A stretch of 54,645 bases of DNA from Chiloscyllium plagiosum (GCF_004010195.1 NC_057719.1:24169933-24224577); one strand, 5' to 3'. Shown: positions 25,205-39,725, counted from the first letter of the stretch. Numbers and translations are program-made. The notes: generated by a model not told the origin, from the letters alone.

Positions 25205-27962
25205 TAGCAAGGGGGGGAAGTCTCAGATAAAGTCACATAGATGGGTTAACTCCAGGAAGGGTAAGAGAGGTAGGCACCTAGGGCAGGAGTCTTTTGTGGA
25301 TATACCTATTTCAAACAGGTACGCTGTTTTGGAAAACGTAGGGGGTGATGCATTCTCAGGGGAACGTAGCACGAACAGCACGAACATTTCTGGTAATGAG
25401 ACTGGCTCTAATGCAACGAGGGGTACGTCAGCTTCCAAGAGATCAATTGTGTTAGGGGATTCTGTAGTCCGAGGTACAGACAGATGTTTCTGTGGCCAGC
25501 AGAGAAAAAGCAGAATGGTGTGTTGTTTCTCTGGTGCCAGGATCAAGGATGTCTCAGAGAGGGTGCAGAATGTTCTCACGTGGGAGAGAGGCCAGCAAGA
25601 GGTCATTGTCCACAGTGGAACCAATGATATAGGAAGGGAAAAGGTTGAGATTCTGAAGGGAGATTACAGAGAGTTAGGCAGAAATTTAAAAAGCAGGTCC
25701 TAAAGGATAGTAATATCTGGATTACTCTCAGTGTTACGAGCTAGTGAGGGCAGGAATAGGAGGATAGAGCAGATGAATGCATGGCTGAGGAGCTGGTGTA
25801 TGGGAGAAGGATTCACATTTTTGGATCATTGGAATCTCTTTTGGGGTAGAAGTGACCTGTACAAGAAGGATTGATTGCACCTAAATTGGAAGGGGACTAA
25901 TATACTGGCAGGGAAATTTGCTAGAACTGCTTGGTAGGATTTAAACTAGTAAGGTGGCGGGGGGGGAAGGGGGGGGACGACCCAGGGAGATAGCGAGGAA
26001 AGTGATCAATCTGAGACTGGTACAGTTGAGAACAGAAGTGAGTCAAACAGTCAGGGCAGGCAGGGACAAGGTAGGACTAATAAATTCATTCACATTTATT
26101 TCAATGCAAAGGGCCTAACAGGGAAGGCAGATGAACTCAGGACATGGTTAAGAACATGGGACTGGGATATCACAGCACTTACAGAAACATCGCTCAGGGA
26201 TGGGCAGGACCGGCAGCTTAATGTCCCAGGATATAAATGCTGCAGGAAGGATAGAAAGGGAGGAAAGAGAGGAGGGGGAGTCACGGTTCTGATAAGGGAT
26301 AGCAGGACAGCTGTGCTGAGGGAGGATATTCCCAGAAATACATCCAGGGAAGTTATTTGGGTGGAACTGAGAAATAAGAAAGAGATGATCACCTTATTGA
26401 GATTGTATTATAGACCCCGTAACAGTAAGAGGGAAGTTGAGAAATAAACTTGTAAGGAGATCTCAGCTCTCCGGAAGAATAATAGGGTAGTTATGGTAGG
26501 GGATTTTAACTTTCCAAACATTGACTGGGACTGCCATAGTGTTAAAGGTTTAGATGGAGAGGAATTTCTTAAGGGCGTACAAGACAATTTTCTGATTCAG
26601 TATGTGGATACCTGCTAAAGAAGGTGCAAAACTTGACCTACTCTTGGGAAGTAAGGCAGAGCAGGTGACTGAGGTGTCAGTGGGGGAGCACTTTGGGGCC
26701 ATAATTCTATTCATTTTAAAATAGTGATGGAAAAGGATAGACCAGATCTAAAAGTTGAAGTTCTAAATTGGAGAAAGGCCAATTTTGACGGTATTAGGCA
26801 AGAACTTTCAAAAGCTGATTGGAGGAAGATATTCACAGGAAAATGGAAGGCTGGAAAATGGGAAGCCTTCAGAAATGAGATAACACGAATCCAGAGAAAG
26901 TATATTCCTGTCAGGGTGAAAGGGAAGGCTGGTAGGTATAGGGAATGCTGGATGACGAAAGAAATTGAGGGTTTGGTTCAGAAAAAGAAGGAAGCATATG
27001 TCAGATATAGATAGGATAGATCGAGTGAATCCTTAGAAGGGTATAAAGGAAGTAGGAGTATACTTAAGAGGGAAATCAGGAAGGCAAAAAGTGTACATGA
27101 GATAGCTTTGGCAAATAGAATTAAGGAAAATCCAAAGCATTTTTACAAATATATTAAGGACAAAAGGGTAACTTGGGAGAAAATAGGGCCCCTCAAAGAT
27201 CAGCAAGGCGGCCTTTATGTGGAGCCACAGAAAATGGGGGAGATACTAAATGAATATTTTGCATCAGTATTTACTGTGGAAAAGGATATGGAAGAAATAG
27301 ACTGTAGGGAAATAGATGGTGACATCTTGCAAAATATCCAGATTACAGAGTAGGAAGTGCTGGATGTCTTGAAATGGTTAAAGGTGGATAAATCCCCAGG
27401 ACCTGATCAGGTGTACCCGAGAACACTGTGGGAAGGTGGAAAGTGATTGCTGGGCCTCTTGCTGAGATATTTGTATCATTGATAGTCACAGGTGAGGGGC
27501 CAGAAGACTGGAGGTTGGCAAACGTGGTGCCACTGTTTAAGAAGGGCAGTAAAGACAAGCCAAGGAACTATAGACCAGTGAGCCTGACCTCAGTGGTGGG
27601 CAAGGTGTTGGAAGGAATCCTGAGGGACAGGATGTACATGTATTTGGAAAGGCAAGGACTGATTAGGGATAGTCAACATGGCTTTGTGCGTGGGAAATCA
27701 TGTCTCACAAACTTGGTTGAGTTTTTTGAAGAAGTAACAAAGACGATTCATGAGGACAGAGCAGTAGACGTGATCTATTTGGACTTCAGTAAGGCATTCG
27801 ACAAGGGTCCCCATAGGAGACTGATTAGCAAGGTTAGATCTCATGGAATACAGGGAGAACTAGCCATTTGGATACAGAATTGGCTCAAAGGTATAAGACA
27901 GCGGGTGGTGTTGGAGGGTTGTTTTTCAGTCTGGAAGCCTGTGACCAGTGGAGTGCCAGAAG
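25205..27962 (+). mobile_element. Long CR1 fragment: ORF1 (SGNH esterase-like) plus ORF2 APE and N-terminal RT, with stops and frameshifts
   Basis: ORF1 has SIVLGDSVVRG and HSGTND. ORF2 has the GDFN region, PEDWRLANVVPLFKKG, YLDFSKAFDK and SGVP. It is truncated at ~27962. Confidence 0.93.
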
Positions 27963-27964
27963 GC

Positions 27965-29270
27965 TTTTGATAATAACCGCACATTAGTACAAGAAAATTA
28001 GAATGCAAGGGACTGAAGGGAACATATTTGTACATATTTGTACGTTAAAGGACAGAAGGCAGAGAGCATCAATACAATTCTCAGCATGGCAGGCTGTTAC
28101 TCATGGGGTGCACAACTTAGGTCCACAACTATTCACAATCTATATAAATGATTTGGATGTGGGAACTAATTGTAATATTTATAGATTTGCTGATGATATC
28201 AAATTGGTGGGAACATAAATTTAAGAAGTGGGCATAGAAGCTGCAAGAAAACTTGAACAATTGAATGAGTTAGAACATGACAGACAGAATCTAACGGAAG
28301 TATGGACTTATTCAGTTTGGTAGCAAAACAAAGGCAGAATACCTCATGGACACTGAAGGCTGGGATCCAGATGTCCTCATCCATGAGTCATAGGTGCAGC
28401 AAGCAATTAGGAAGGCAAAAGGAATGCTAGCATTCATTTCAAGGGGTTTTGAGTACAAAAGTAGAAGAAATCTTAGTGCAGTTCTGTAGAGCCTTGGTGA
28501 GACCTCAGAGTATTATGCACAATTTTGATTTCCTTACCCAAGGAAGGATATACTTGTCACAGATCAAACACAGCGAAAGTTCACCAGATATGCCAGCATT
28601 GTCTTACAAGGAAAATTTGAGGAGGTAGGGTCTGTATTCTGTAGTTTCAAAGAATAAGAGATGATCTCTTTGAAACAACCAAAATTCTTACAGTACACAA
28701 GGTAGATGTAGAGTCATAGAGATGTACAGCACAGAAAGAGACCCTTCGGTTCAACTCGTCCATGACAAGTAGATATCCCAACCTAATCTCGTCCAGTTTA
28801 CCAGCACATGGCCCACATCCCTCTAGTCCAAAAATGTGCAGGGTAGGTGAATTGGCCATACTAAATTGCCCATAGTGTTGGTGAAGGGGTAAATGTAGGG
28901 GAATGAGTTTGAGTGGGTGGCTCTTCGGAGGGTCGGTGTGGACTTGTTGGGCCGAAGGGCCTGTTTCGACACTGTAAATAATCTAATCTAAACTCTTCCT
29001 GTTCATATACCCATCCAGATGCCTTTTAAATGTTGCAACTGTACCAGTCTCCACCATATATAAATTGGATATTTTCACGGACTGGTAAATCTAGAACCAG
29101 GTAACATAATCTCAGATTAAGGGGCAGGCCATTTGAGATAGGTTTCTAGAGACTAATAACATTGAGGGATTTGGAGATGGTGCAGCAAAATGGCATTGAG
29201 GAGATGATCAGCTATGATCTAGAATACTAAATGTATTGAATGGCCCACTCTTGTAATTATGTTCCTTTGA
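27965..29270 (+). mobile_element. Older CR1 RT relic with a nested antisense CR1 tail (~28709-29058), itself containing an HE1 3' piece (~28825-28991)
   Basis: LGPQLFTIYINDLD and FADDIKL. The nested tagagtcatagagatgtacagc tail and an HE1 tail ending (aatct)n are visible. Confidence 0.75.
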
Positions 29271-29575
29271 TGAAAAAGGAACTAATGTAATTTGAGGTAC
29301 TTTAAAAAGAATTGCATTTGCAAAGCACGGAGGTAATTGAATACTTCTACAAGATGCTTTATGGAAATCTGAAACTATGGTCTACCTGACACAAGGCTCC
29401 ATCTGTGGCAACAAAGGCATCAATAGTCTTCAATTTCTATAGTTCTGGCTTCAAACAGGCAAATATTGAAAACATTGGTAATATCATCCAAGGAACTAAA
29501 AGGAACAATGTAATTGCATACAACAGATCCTTTTCCCTGCAGGACATATAATTTTCTTACATACAATTACTTCAC

Positions 29576-29824
29576 TCCGTGTCTGAGTGGATTTCCACTG
29601 GGTGCTCCGGTTTTCTCCCATAGTCTAAAGATGTGCAGGTTAGGTGGATTGACCATGCTAAATTGACCATATTGTTCAGGGATGTATATGTTAGGTGAAT
29701 TAGCCATGGGAAATGCAGGGTCACAGGGATAGGGTAGGGGCTGGATCTGGGTAGGATGCTCTTCAGAGGGTCGGTGTGGACTTGTTGGGTCGCATGGCCT
29801 GTTTCCACACTGTAGGGATTCTAA
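29576..29824 (+). mobile_element. HE1-type SINE, 5'-truncated
   Basis: V-core and 3' tail shared with 53231-53538. Confidence 0.85.
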
Positions 29825-30490
29825 ATAAATGAATAATTTCCACTATATTTACTTGTTGCCCAAGATTCCAATTGCTGGGGGTGACCAACCACTCAACCTG
29901 AGAACCGGTCTCAACACAGAAATGCTAAATGAACTAATTGCCTGCAAATCTTAACTAGAGATTGTGTATGGTAACTCAGAGCAATGAGTAAGCATTCACC
30001 ATGCCTTCCTCCTTCACCACTCCATGACAATGACTTGTACAGCCACTGAAAATGACATTTTGTCATGTTTTACAATTTCTTTTAAACTAAGCTGTGAAAA
30101 AGTGATTTTAATGGTTGCAGTTCATTTACATGACGCCAATAAATTAATTCATAGATTTTTAGCTTCATGAAGTTAGTGAATGGAAAGTGTTATTGATTGT
30201 GCTAACAATGTGACCCTTGATTTGTCATGTACTAGAGCTGGACCAAATTTCCTGCAGTGTTTGAATAGCATATACAGTCAATGACGTGATTTCTTCAATC
30301 ATCAGTTTAATATTCACTTGACAATCACCTGAAAATAACTTGCATTTATAGGACAACTTCCATATTGTAAAACAACCCACAATTCTTCAGCAGTCCAAGC
30401 TTAGATATTTTAAAAAAAATTCAGAAGATTAGGCCTAATTAGGTTTAAACAAAGTGCCAATAGAATGGAGGAAAATTAGGAAGCACAATA

Positions 30491-30695
30491 GTAGAATCCC
30501 TAGTGTGGAAGCAGGTTATTTGGCCTATCAAGCCCATGGCAACACTGAAGAGCATCCCACCCAGATGGCTAATCCACCTAACCTGCACACCTTTAAACCG
30601 TGGGAGGAAACTGGAGCACCCGAAGAAAACCTGCACAGATAAGGGGAGAATGTGCAAAACTCCACACAGACAGTTGCCTGAGGATGGAATCGAAT
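30491..30695 (-). mobile_element. HE1-type SINE fragment
   Basis: Reverse complement of the V-core and tail. Confidence 0.85.
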
Positions 30696-31491
30696 GTTTG
30701 AGTAAGACATTCAGGAGGTATGAAAAGGAGGGGGCAATTATTGATATGCAGAAGAACAAGGACACAAAGGGATTTAAAATAAGGATGAAAATTTCATATT
30801 GAAGGGGTAAGTAAATTACAATGTAGGCCAGTGAGATAGAAGTGATCCATGGGACAGGAAACACAAATGAGGAACCAGGAGTAATACATTCAGCCCTCTG
30901 TCATTCACTTAACTCATAGTTGAGGAGGGAATAGTGTTCCATTGTTCTAGTCTCAGAGGACGTGGGACCATTGCAGTACTGCGCCACCGCAGAAACCTGA
31001 TTGTAAAGTCCAAAAATAGAATTGTTGGATTTGGGAGGCAAGAAGTTCAAGAATCTTAATGGGGAAAGGAAGTTTGGAATTGGACTAGTAGCATTTTAGA
31101 ACCGAGGGGTTCTTGAAGAAAAACGAAAATGTGTAGCAACTGTAAGGTATTGTATAGAGGATATACGATCTCGCACCAGGAGATCAGAAAGGGAAGTTGG
31201 GTGGTCAGTAGTTTAATAAATACAGGGGTTAGATGACTAGCGATCCCATAGGCAAGATGTATGTCAAAAACTCCAAGAATAAATCATGAAACTAAAGACA
31301 GTTGCAAGTTGTAAAACATGGGGAAATATTAAGGGCAGTTTATCTTGGTGGGAAAAAATAAGTGAGATTTGTAACAGAACAATCTCACAATTTGTAAACA
31401 GGACAGTTTGTTCTCCATCAGAGACTATTATTTATACAAAATGGAATTGACATCTGGCAATTTCAAATGTGCAAAACATTTGCATTATTGC

Positions 31492-31621
31492 ACAGGAGGC
31501 TCCCAAGCACTGAGGATGTCACCTAGATAGGGGACGAAACGTTTGCAACAAAACTTTCCAGCTCGGCGAACAGAACCACAACAACGAGCACCCGAGCTAC
31601 AAATCTTTACCCAAACTTTGA
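31492..31621 (+). mobile_element. Third short insert family with a hammerhead core and 14-bp direct repeat
   Basis: GCA-CTGAGGA-T-GTCACC-TAGATA-GGGGAC-GAAAC-GTT-TGC. ATTTGCATTATTGC at 31478-31491 and 31622-31635. Confidence 0.8.
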
Positions 31622-33342
31622 ATTTGCATTATTGCTCCAAGTAGTATTAACATAGGTACGAATAGATTCTGAAATCTATTAAGCAATACTTTTGAAACAA
31701 AACTTGGCTGAAATGAACACAAAGTTATGAAAAATAAATTCTAAAACATCAACATAAGAAAAAGAGGTGCAGATAATTCAAGTCTGCCACCTTATTCTGC
31801 CATTCAGTAGTCATGACAGATCTGACCATGACCACAATTCCATTTTCCTGCCTGCATCCCATAGACCTACAGTCCCTCTGTAGATCAACAAGTTGAATGT
31901 ACTCAAGGCTAAATTCTACAATGGCCCAAACTCCATTGAAGAGTATTCAAAAGTTTAACAATCCTCTGAGAAAAAACTTCCTCCTCATCTCTATCAAAAA
32001 TAGAAGATCCTATATTCTGAAACTATGCTCCTAAATTCTAGATGCCCCCAATATCTATCTTGTAAAGCCCCCTAAAAATCTTAAGTTCTGATAAGATCAA
32101 CTCTCTTTCTGTAGCAATGACTACAGACATAAGCTTTCCTCAAACCACAATCACTTTATCCCAAAAAGTAACCATGTGAATCTTCTCTGAAATACGTGTG
32201 TACCCCTCCTTAGATAAGGAGACCAAAATAGCATGATATACTCTAAGTATGGATTTTACCAACATGTATCATGATAGCAAGACTTCCCTCCTCTCAAATT
32301 CCACTTTCCCCTTGCAATAAAGGCCAACATCCATTTGCCTAATTGCATGCTATGGTTGTGTGTGAGAACACAGATCCCTCTGAAGTGTAACATTTTATAT
32401 TTTTGTCTGCATTAAAGTAAGATTTTACTTTTCTACTCTTCCTACCACAGTTGACAACCTCATTTCACCACAAGCTCTAAATCCTCCTCACAATTTGTTT
32501 TTCCACTAATGTTCATATCCTCAGCAAGCACTGTTCCAACAGAACTAACGTAATTGCCACCCACTGCATCCCCAATACATCACCATGCCATCATGATTTA
32601 TTTACCTTACTATATTCAAAACATGAAAACCTCATTCAACAGTTATTTGCAATTTTGTTTATTAGTTAGACTAATTAAGTTATAAATTTAAGACTAGGTT
32701 AAACTACTTCAAGTGTAGAGAAAAAAACAGCAACTATTCCTTCAATGTCCTAAATTCCTTCAGCCCCTAAATTCTCATTTTAAGTACTCTGTAGAAACAA
32801 AATGGATTCCATATAAGAATCAAAAGATACTCTCAAACATTTACATTTGGCAGAGCACAAAAGGAAGATACATGGTGGTCAGAAGAACACGGATTAGTTT
32901 TGGATTGCTTTCTCAAAAGGACTGGTCAAACATGGATTAATTGACGTACACTGTGCTGTAAACAATGATTGTTCTATGGATTGAGTACATGCGAGTGCAT
33001 GTATTAGGAAGTGCCAAGAAGAATATTCAATTACTTTAATCATAGCTTATGAAATCAGGTATAAACTCAGGTCAACTGAATAGTTGTTTTCCTCAAAATC
33101 ATATCTATCATCAGACTCAATCCTGAGCCTAAGTTCACAGTAAGCACAACCGTTGAATTCTCCAGAAATACCTGTCCTCCTCCTGAGGCTTCAAACTAGC
33201 TGAAAAAGAACCAACAAGGTGGAGAACAATCATTTACAATACAACAACCATTTACAGTTACGTGACGTAATTGGTTCATAAACCACTTCACTAGCCAAGA
33301 GTAAACGCATTTATTTAATATACACCCAAAGTAAGTATTCTT

Positions 33343-33870
33343 GATTTGACTTATTGTAGTCATGTGTACCTAAGTCCAGTGAAAAGCTTTGTTTGTGAGC
33401 AAATCACAAGGTGCTTAGACAGGCGACACTGCACCGGAGGAGCGCGAAGAAAAATTAACAATAACAAGATCAACATTATTTGAAGTTAGTCAATTCATCA
33501 GTCGAATAACAGCAGGGAAGCTGTTCTTGAACCTACAAGTATGTTCAATCTTCTATATCTTCTGCCTGACAGAAGAGGTTGTAGGAGAGCATTACTGGGC
33601 TGGGAGGTGTCTTTGATGATTATGACAGTCTTTCTGGGACGAGAAATGTAAATGGAGTCCAAGGATGGAAGGTTGGCTTCCATGATGGTCTGGCCTGTGC
33701 AGGCAACCTTCAGTAGTTATTAACAGTCCTGGGCAAAGCAGTTGCCGTACCAGGCTATTATGCATCCGGATAGAGTGTTCTCTAAGATGGATCTGTAAAA
33801 GTTACTGATGGTCCTTATGGACATACTGAATTTCCCAAGCCATCTGAGGAGGAAGAGACGATGTTGTTCT
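33343..33870 (-). mobile_element. Rex1/Babar-like LINE 3' fragment
   Basis: NLPSLDSIY..R....IIKDTSQPSNALLQPLLSGRRYRRL resembles the recalled Rex1/Babar ORF C-terminus. Confidence 0.75.
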
Positions 33871-34675
33871 TGTTGGGTTATTATTTAGGTCGTTAAGCAA
33901 AAAAACAAGGAACTTCATATATTGGAAATCAGAAATGAAAACAAATTGCTCAGGAAGCTCACAAAGACTGGTCGCATCTGTTCTTCAGAACTACTCTGAA
34001 GAAAGGTTACTGGACCCAAAAAGTTAACCTAGCTTTCTCTCCAGAGATGAAGTCAGACCTGCTGAATTTTCCCAGCAATTTCTGTTTTTGATTCTTTTGG
34101 ATGTGAGTACTTTTCAGCACTTGTGACATTTTCAAGAGTTTTAATATTTTTGCAAGAATTAACACTAAGTCACATTTATCACCTTATTACTTAGGTAAAT
34201 ACTAAATTAGGAAACATACCAGAAATCTGCTCTGCATTCAAATCTTTGAAAATCGTTTGTAGATTCACCGTCTGTTGTTACAACCTATAAATACTGTATA
34301 ATGGCATAGCATTAATATTTAGTTAAATAGCTACCCCTCATTTTAAAGGAAGTGGTTAATATAACCTAATGAGGAGTGGAATATAAAGGGACTGCTTAAT
34401 TCTAATTCTGTCACTCAATCTCCGTAACTGGTCCGAATTTAAAGTTTCAGAGTAAATAAACTCTTAGAAATGTTACACCTAACTAACTTTGTAAGACAAA
34501 ATTATATGAACATTCAATGGTGAGCACGATAAAAAAAACATTAAATATGTGCATTGGAATTAAACATAAAGCAGCAAGTGACTTCTTTGAAAACTTTAAA
34601 TACAAGCACATCCCCACTGAGTTTCTACTTTTTAAGTAAAATTACACCTTCAACTTTAGATCATCTATTGAATTA

Positions 34676-35203
34676 CAGGTGGTTCTGGGATAACATGAGT
34701 TTCAGCAACGCTATTTGGCTATAACATCACTAATGAAGTACGGGACAGTATTTTGGAGAATGCTCACTTCTGTTGCCAATAGTGCGATACCAGCTCTTTG
34801 TTCTGCACATGCGCGTCAAAATATATGTGCCACTTTTTGCATGTGCGACACCAGTGTCAGTCTTAGTGCATTCTAAACATGCACCAATGCCCGCACTGAA
34901 GTATCTGCTATACTGTACACAGCAACTGTCTTACATTTTTTAAATGTACTGTGGTAAATTTACTTTTGTTAATAAATATGATTTCAATCTTCATTCAGGC
35001 TATAAATGTAATGTCAACTTCACTTGGGCTATGTTATACTTTGCATTAGACTTTGGGTGACCTTTGAGCAATCTTGCATGTTTTTGTTTGCTAGTCTGCC
35101 CCAACCCCACTTTTTCCATAGGCCCCATTATTTCTATTAAGCAATTTTCTATTAAGCGAAATTTCACTGGAACACATCTACACCGTTATAAGAGAACTAC
35201 CAG
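34676..35203. mobile_element. Tc1/mariner (Tigger-like) non-autonomous DNA transposon
   Basis: TA on both sides. TIRs CAGGTGGTTCTGGGATAAC / GTTATAAGAGAACTACCAG match at 14/19. Confidence 0.8.
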
Positions 35204-35485
35204 TACACTCAAAGGCTTTGGGAATTCAGGAAATTCAGAGATCAACAAAACATCAATATATTTTATCACACAAATTATTTCTTAACTTCACAACACCATA
35301 TTACATGCTCAGCAGAGTTATTCAACATAACTATGAATTTCTCAGAATAACACAGTCAGTATTATAACCCTTCAACAATTTGAAAGTATTCCTTACTTTA
35401 AATTTCAAATTTCCCTTCCACCTTTCTGAGAGACTACAAAAATAAAGGGATAGCTTTAACACAGTCACTCAGTAATCCAAATAAC

Positions 35486-36915
35486 TTTTTTTTATTTCAA
35501 AAATACTTTATTCAAAAAAATATTTTGATGATCTGTACAATTGGTTATGCCATACGTACATCAACATCTTTGAATACAGAGATCGAGTAATAATTCATAT
35601 ATACAGGTCTGTACATTTACTATGCATGTATTTAGCTGAGGCATCAGCGGAGCCCACTTACTGTGTGGGCCCCCTGTTCTTTGGCAGGCAGATGTTACAC
35701 GGTGGTCTTTTCCCCCCCGCGCCTTGGCGGCCGCTGCCCCAAGCTTCAGCGTGTCCTTCAACACGTAGTCCTGGACCTTGGAATGTGCCAGTCTGCAACA
35801 CTCAGTTGGGGTCAGCTCCTTCAGCTGGAAGATCAACAGGTTTCGGACAGACCAAAGCGCATCTTTGATCCTCCAGGTACAGTTGATGTTCATCTTGACA
35901 AACACCATTTCATTCATCTCCAGACTTCTTTTGCATAGGCTCATTCCAGGAGGTGTGTGACAGTCTCATCCCCTCTGCAGCCACTTCAAGGGCAGCGTGC
36001 GGTGCAGCAGAGAGTCCGGGCGTGCATAAAGGATCTCACAGGCAGAGCCCTTCTCACCACCAGACAAGCCATGTCTTGATGCTTGTTGGAAAGTTCTGGC
36101 GATGAGGCATTCTGCCAAATGACATTGACAGTCTGCTCAAGATTCGCCCTCTCCTTTTCCCGAAGGGTCTTAAGGACACTGCGGGCTGACCACTTCTTGA
36201 CTGATTTGTGGTCAAAGGTGTTTTTCTTCATCAATTTCTTCACAAAGGACAGGTGATACGGAACGGTCCAACTACTTGGAGCGTTCCATGGCAGCGAGGC
36301 CAGGACCATCCTTCGCAACGCTGGGGACAGATAGAACCTCAGTACGTAGTGACACTTGGTGTTTGCATACCGGGGATCCACACACAGCTTGATGCAGCCA
36401 CACACAAAGGTGGTCATCAGGATGAGGGTGGCATTGGGTGTGTTTTTTCCCCCGTTGCCCAGAGCTTTGTACATCGAGTCCCTTCAGACCCTAGCCATCT
36501 TTGATCTCCATTCATAATGTAAGATGGCCCTGGTGACTGTGACGGCACAGGTTCTGGGAATAGGCCAGACTTGTGGCACATAAAACAACAGCGACAGTGC
36601 CTCACACCTAATGACCAGGTTTTTACCCTTGATGAAGAGCAACCATAGCTTCCATCTGCCCAGTTTCTGCCTCACCTTCTTGATATGCTCCCCCCAAGAC
36701 TTGGTGCATGCCCCAGGCCCTCTGAACCAAATACCTGCAGGTGGTCAGTCCTGACAGTGACGGGGATGAAGGATTGGTCGGCCCAGTTCCCGAAGAGCAT
36801 GGCCTCGCTCTTGCCTCGGTTAACCTTGGCCCCCGAGGCCCGTTTGAACTGGTCACATATGCACAAGAGTTTGTGCACAGACAGCGGACCCGAGCAGAAA
36901 ACGGCGACTTCATCC
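35486..36915 (-). mobile_element. L1/Tx1-clade LINE ORF2 3' fragment with internal deletions
   Basis: MDEVAVF...ASGAKVNRGKSEAM, YVLRFYLSP, a Cys motif, and KDALWSVRNLL...RLAHSKVQDYVL. AATAAA and an A-rich tail at ~35486-35515. Confidence 0.85.
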
Positions 36916-39214
36916 AAACAGCAATATCTTTGGCATGTTAGTCAACTATGGGAATCACTGTTGAACTCAATTTTGTCCTTCTTCAGTTCCAACCAAATCA
37001 ACTTTTCAGCAAGCATGACTGGAAAGCTATCAGAATTGGAAAACCAAGCAAATTTTGCCCGCTCTTTAATCCAGTGATAGAGAACTTGTGGTGGTGCTCA
37101 ACTTCATTTTTGCTGACGACAGTCACAGCACAAACCAGAAATTAGAATTCAGGACTGCTTTATCCATGTGGTCTAGTACTACATTATATGTTGGATCAAA
37201 GAGCCCAATATTTTTCTTATTGATACATGCTGCAAAAAAAAGTGCAAAAGTACTTGCTACGTTTGATAGAAAAACCACTAAAAAAAATCTCAAGCACTCA
37301 AGCAAATATATTGTGGAATAGTTTCAAAGTTGTAATATATTCTTTCAGCAAATCTCCAATCACTCGCACTGCGACGTACTATATTGCTTTTAAGTTATTA
37401 TTCTAAACAGACAAGGAGTTCACTTAAATTGCATAGTACATTTGTGCTATGCTAGAGTCAATAAATGATCAACTCCAGCAGAGAATCTAGCCATCTCAAC
37501 TTGAGATTGAACAGCATTACCACTGCTGGATCTCTCACATACCAACACCCTACAGATCCGTTAGCCAGAATCTGAATGAAACCAGCTATATAATTATTGA
37601 AATGACAAACGCACGTCAGAGGCTGGTAATTCTGCAGTAACTAGCTCAGCTACTGACAAAATATGTACACTACCTACAAGTCCCAAGTCAGGAATTACAT
37701 AGTAACATTAGGTTATGCACTTATGTTGACAGATGGAGTATTCGAATTTAGACAAAAGCAGAATTAGAACAAGTCATACATGTCCTCAATAATCATCACT
37801 GCTCGATTATACTAAAAGCCACATCACATGAGGTAAGCATTAATTTAAGTGACTACAATACTTAAGTGAGCACAAGAGATCAGGCAAAAGTTAGCAACAA
37901 ATAAAAAAAACATGCACCTCTGTATGTGAAAAGCCATGCTTACCATATCTGTCTGTGACATAAATTACACCTCTAGTAATTCACAGTACGAGATGCAATA
38001 ACATAAATGCAAATCTTCACAAAATAAAACTATTCAGCATTAACTTATTCAATTGGCACAATGTTCATTACAATAGCATCCACTATATTTCACCCCGTAT
38101 AGCAGCACTTAGTTCTGCAGCCTTAATCAAGAGATTCCACATTCATTTGCAAGGAATTCATTACCTCAGTGACTTGAGGGTTTCCTGATTCCCAGGTAGA
38201 GTATTCCAGGTCACTTGACCATCTGGAACATTAAAGGTAGCAGATGCGTGAGAGCACTGCCATATGCAAGTTCCCCTCCATCTCATACTCCATTCCATCC
38301 TGCTTGGAACTATATTGCCATGCCTTCATTGGCATTACATCATTGTCCTACCCCAACAGCATTTTGTGCACATCTATACCAGGTGAATTGCAATGCTTTA
38401 CAAAAGGAATTCACCATCATCCTCTCCAAAGCAATTAGGGATAAGCAATAAATGCTGAACTTGTAGGTGTCATTGACATCTCTTAGATGTATTTGTTTTA
38501 ATAAACTCCAAGCTCAATACTGTTTATATCAAGCAGGAATATATGACATCGATTTCAAATCACTTTAATTTATCAGGAATTAGCAATAAAAATCTTAGCA
38601 CTCTGACCGCGATAAATAAATGTAAATTTTAACAAGCTTGACTGAAGCAACTTATCACATTGTCCTAACCAAGAAGAAGTGTTGTCGTGGAATACATCAT
38701 ACATTATATTTTGCTTCTAAATGTATCATTCTATGATTTGGTAAATAAAAGGTTTTATTTGATAACATAATCAAACAAACGTTTTTTGTTAAACTTAATT
38801 ATGCATAAATAAGTACTCTTAAAAATTCACACGGCTAAAAACCAACAAGTTTTCTGGGCCTTATAGCCTACATAATATAGTTTTAAAAGAGGTGGTTGAC
38901 CTTCCACAATTTCCTAAATTCTAAAACACAAAGGAGGTAGAGAGCAAACAAGGAATTTAAAGTCAGTTAGACGAATACTGTTGATATTTAACATTCAATA
39001 ATGATTAAAGATATAGTAACAGAGCAGTTGGAAAATCATGATATTATTAGGTATAGTTTCATGAAAGACAAATTATGGTTCACAAATCTCATAACGCTTT
39101 GTTGAGGTGATGGAGACGTTTATAGGAAAGGAAATCTTTGACTCATAAAATGCCTTTCGCGACCTCAGAGATCGTCAAAGTACTTTTCAGCCTATTAAGT
39201 ACTTCTGAAGTGTA

Positions 39215-39376
39215 AAAAACCGAAAGAACTGCAGATGCTGGAAATCAGAAACAAAAACAGAAATTGCTGGAAAAATTCAGCATCTGTGGAGAGAAATCAG
39301 AGAAAAGGTTAACTTGCAATACTCTCCACAGATGTTGCCAGACCTGCCAAGTTTTTCCAGCAATTTCTGTTTTTGT
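39215..39376. mobile_element. Palindromic Penelope-type terminus insert
   Basis: Arms acaaaaacagaaattgctggaaaaa / tttttccagcaatttctgtttttgt, with imperfect flanking repeat TACTTYTGAAGWGTA. Related copies at ~7400-7505 and ~33920-34092. Confidence 0.75.
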
Positions 39377-39397
39377 TACTTTTGAAGAGTAGTTGCT

Positions 39398-39725
39398 TAT
39401 TAGATTAGATTAGATTCCTTACAGTGTGGAAACAGGCCCTTTGGCCCAACAAATCCACACCGACACGCCGAAGCACAACCCATCCAGACCCATTCCCCTA
39501 CATTAATCCCTTCACCCAACACTACGGGCAATTTAGCATGACCAATTCACCTAACCTGCACACATTTTTGGACTGTGGGAGGAAACCGGAGCACCCGGAG
39601 GAAACCCACGCAGACACGGGGAGAGTGTGCAAACTCCACACTGTCAGTCACCTGAGGCGGGAATTGAACCCGGGTCTCTGGCGCTGAGAAACAGCAGTGA
39701 TAACCACTGTGCCACCCGTGCTCCC
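39398..39725 (-). mobile_element. HE1-type V-SINE, near full length
   Basis: tRNA head, V-core and (TTAGA)n tail in reverse orientation. Confidence 0.92.

Noticed and set aside
36916..37400. Overlapping ORFs beside the Tx1 fragment as host exons
   Set aside because: No recognisable homology or convincing splice-site pair.
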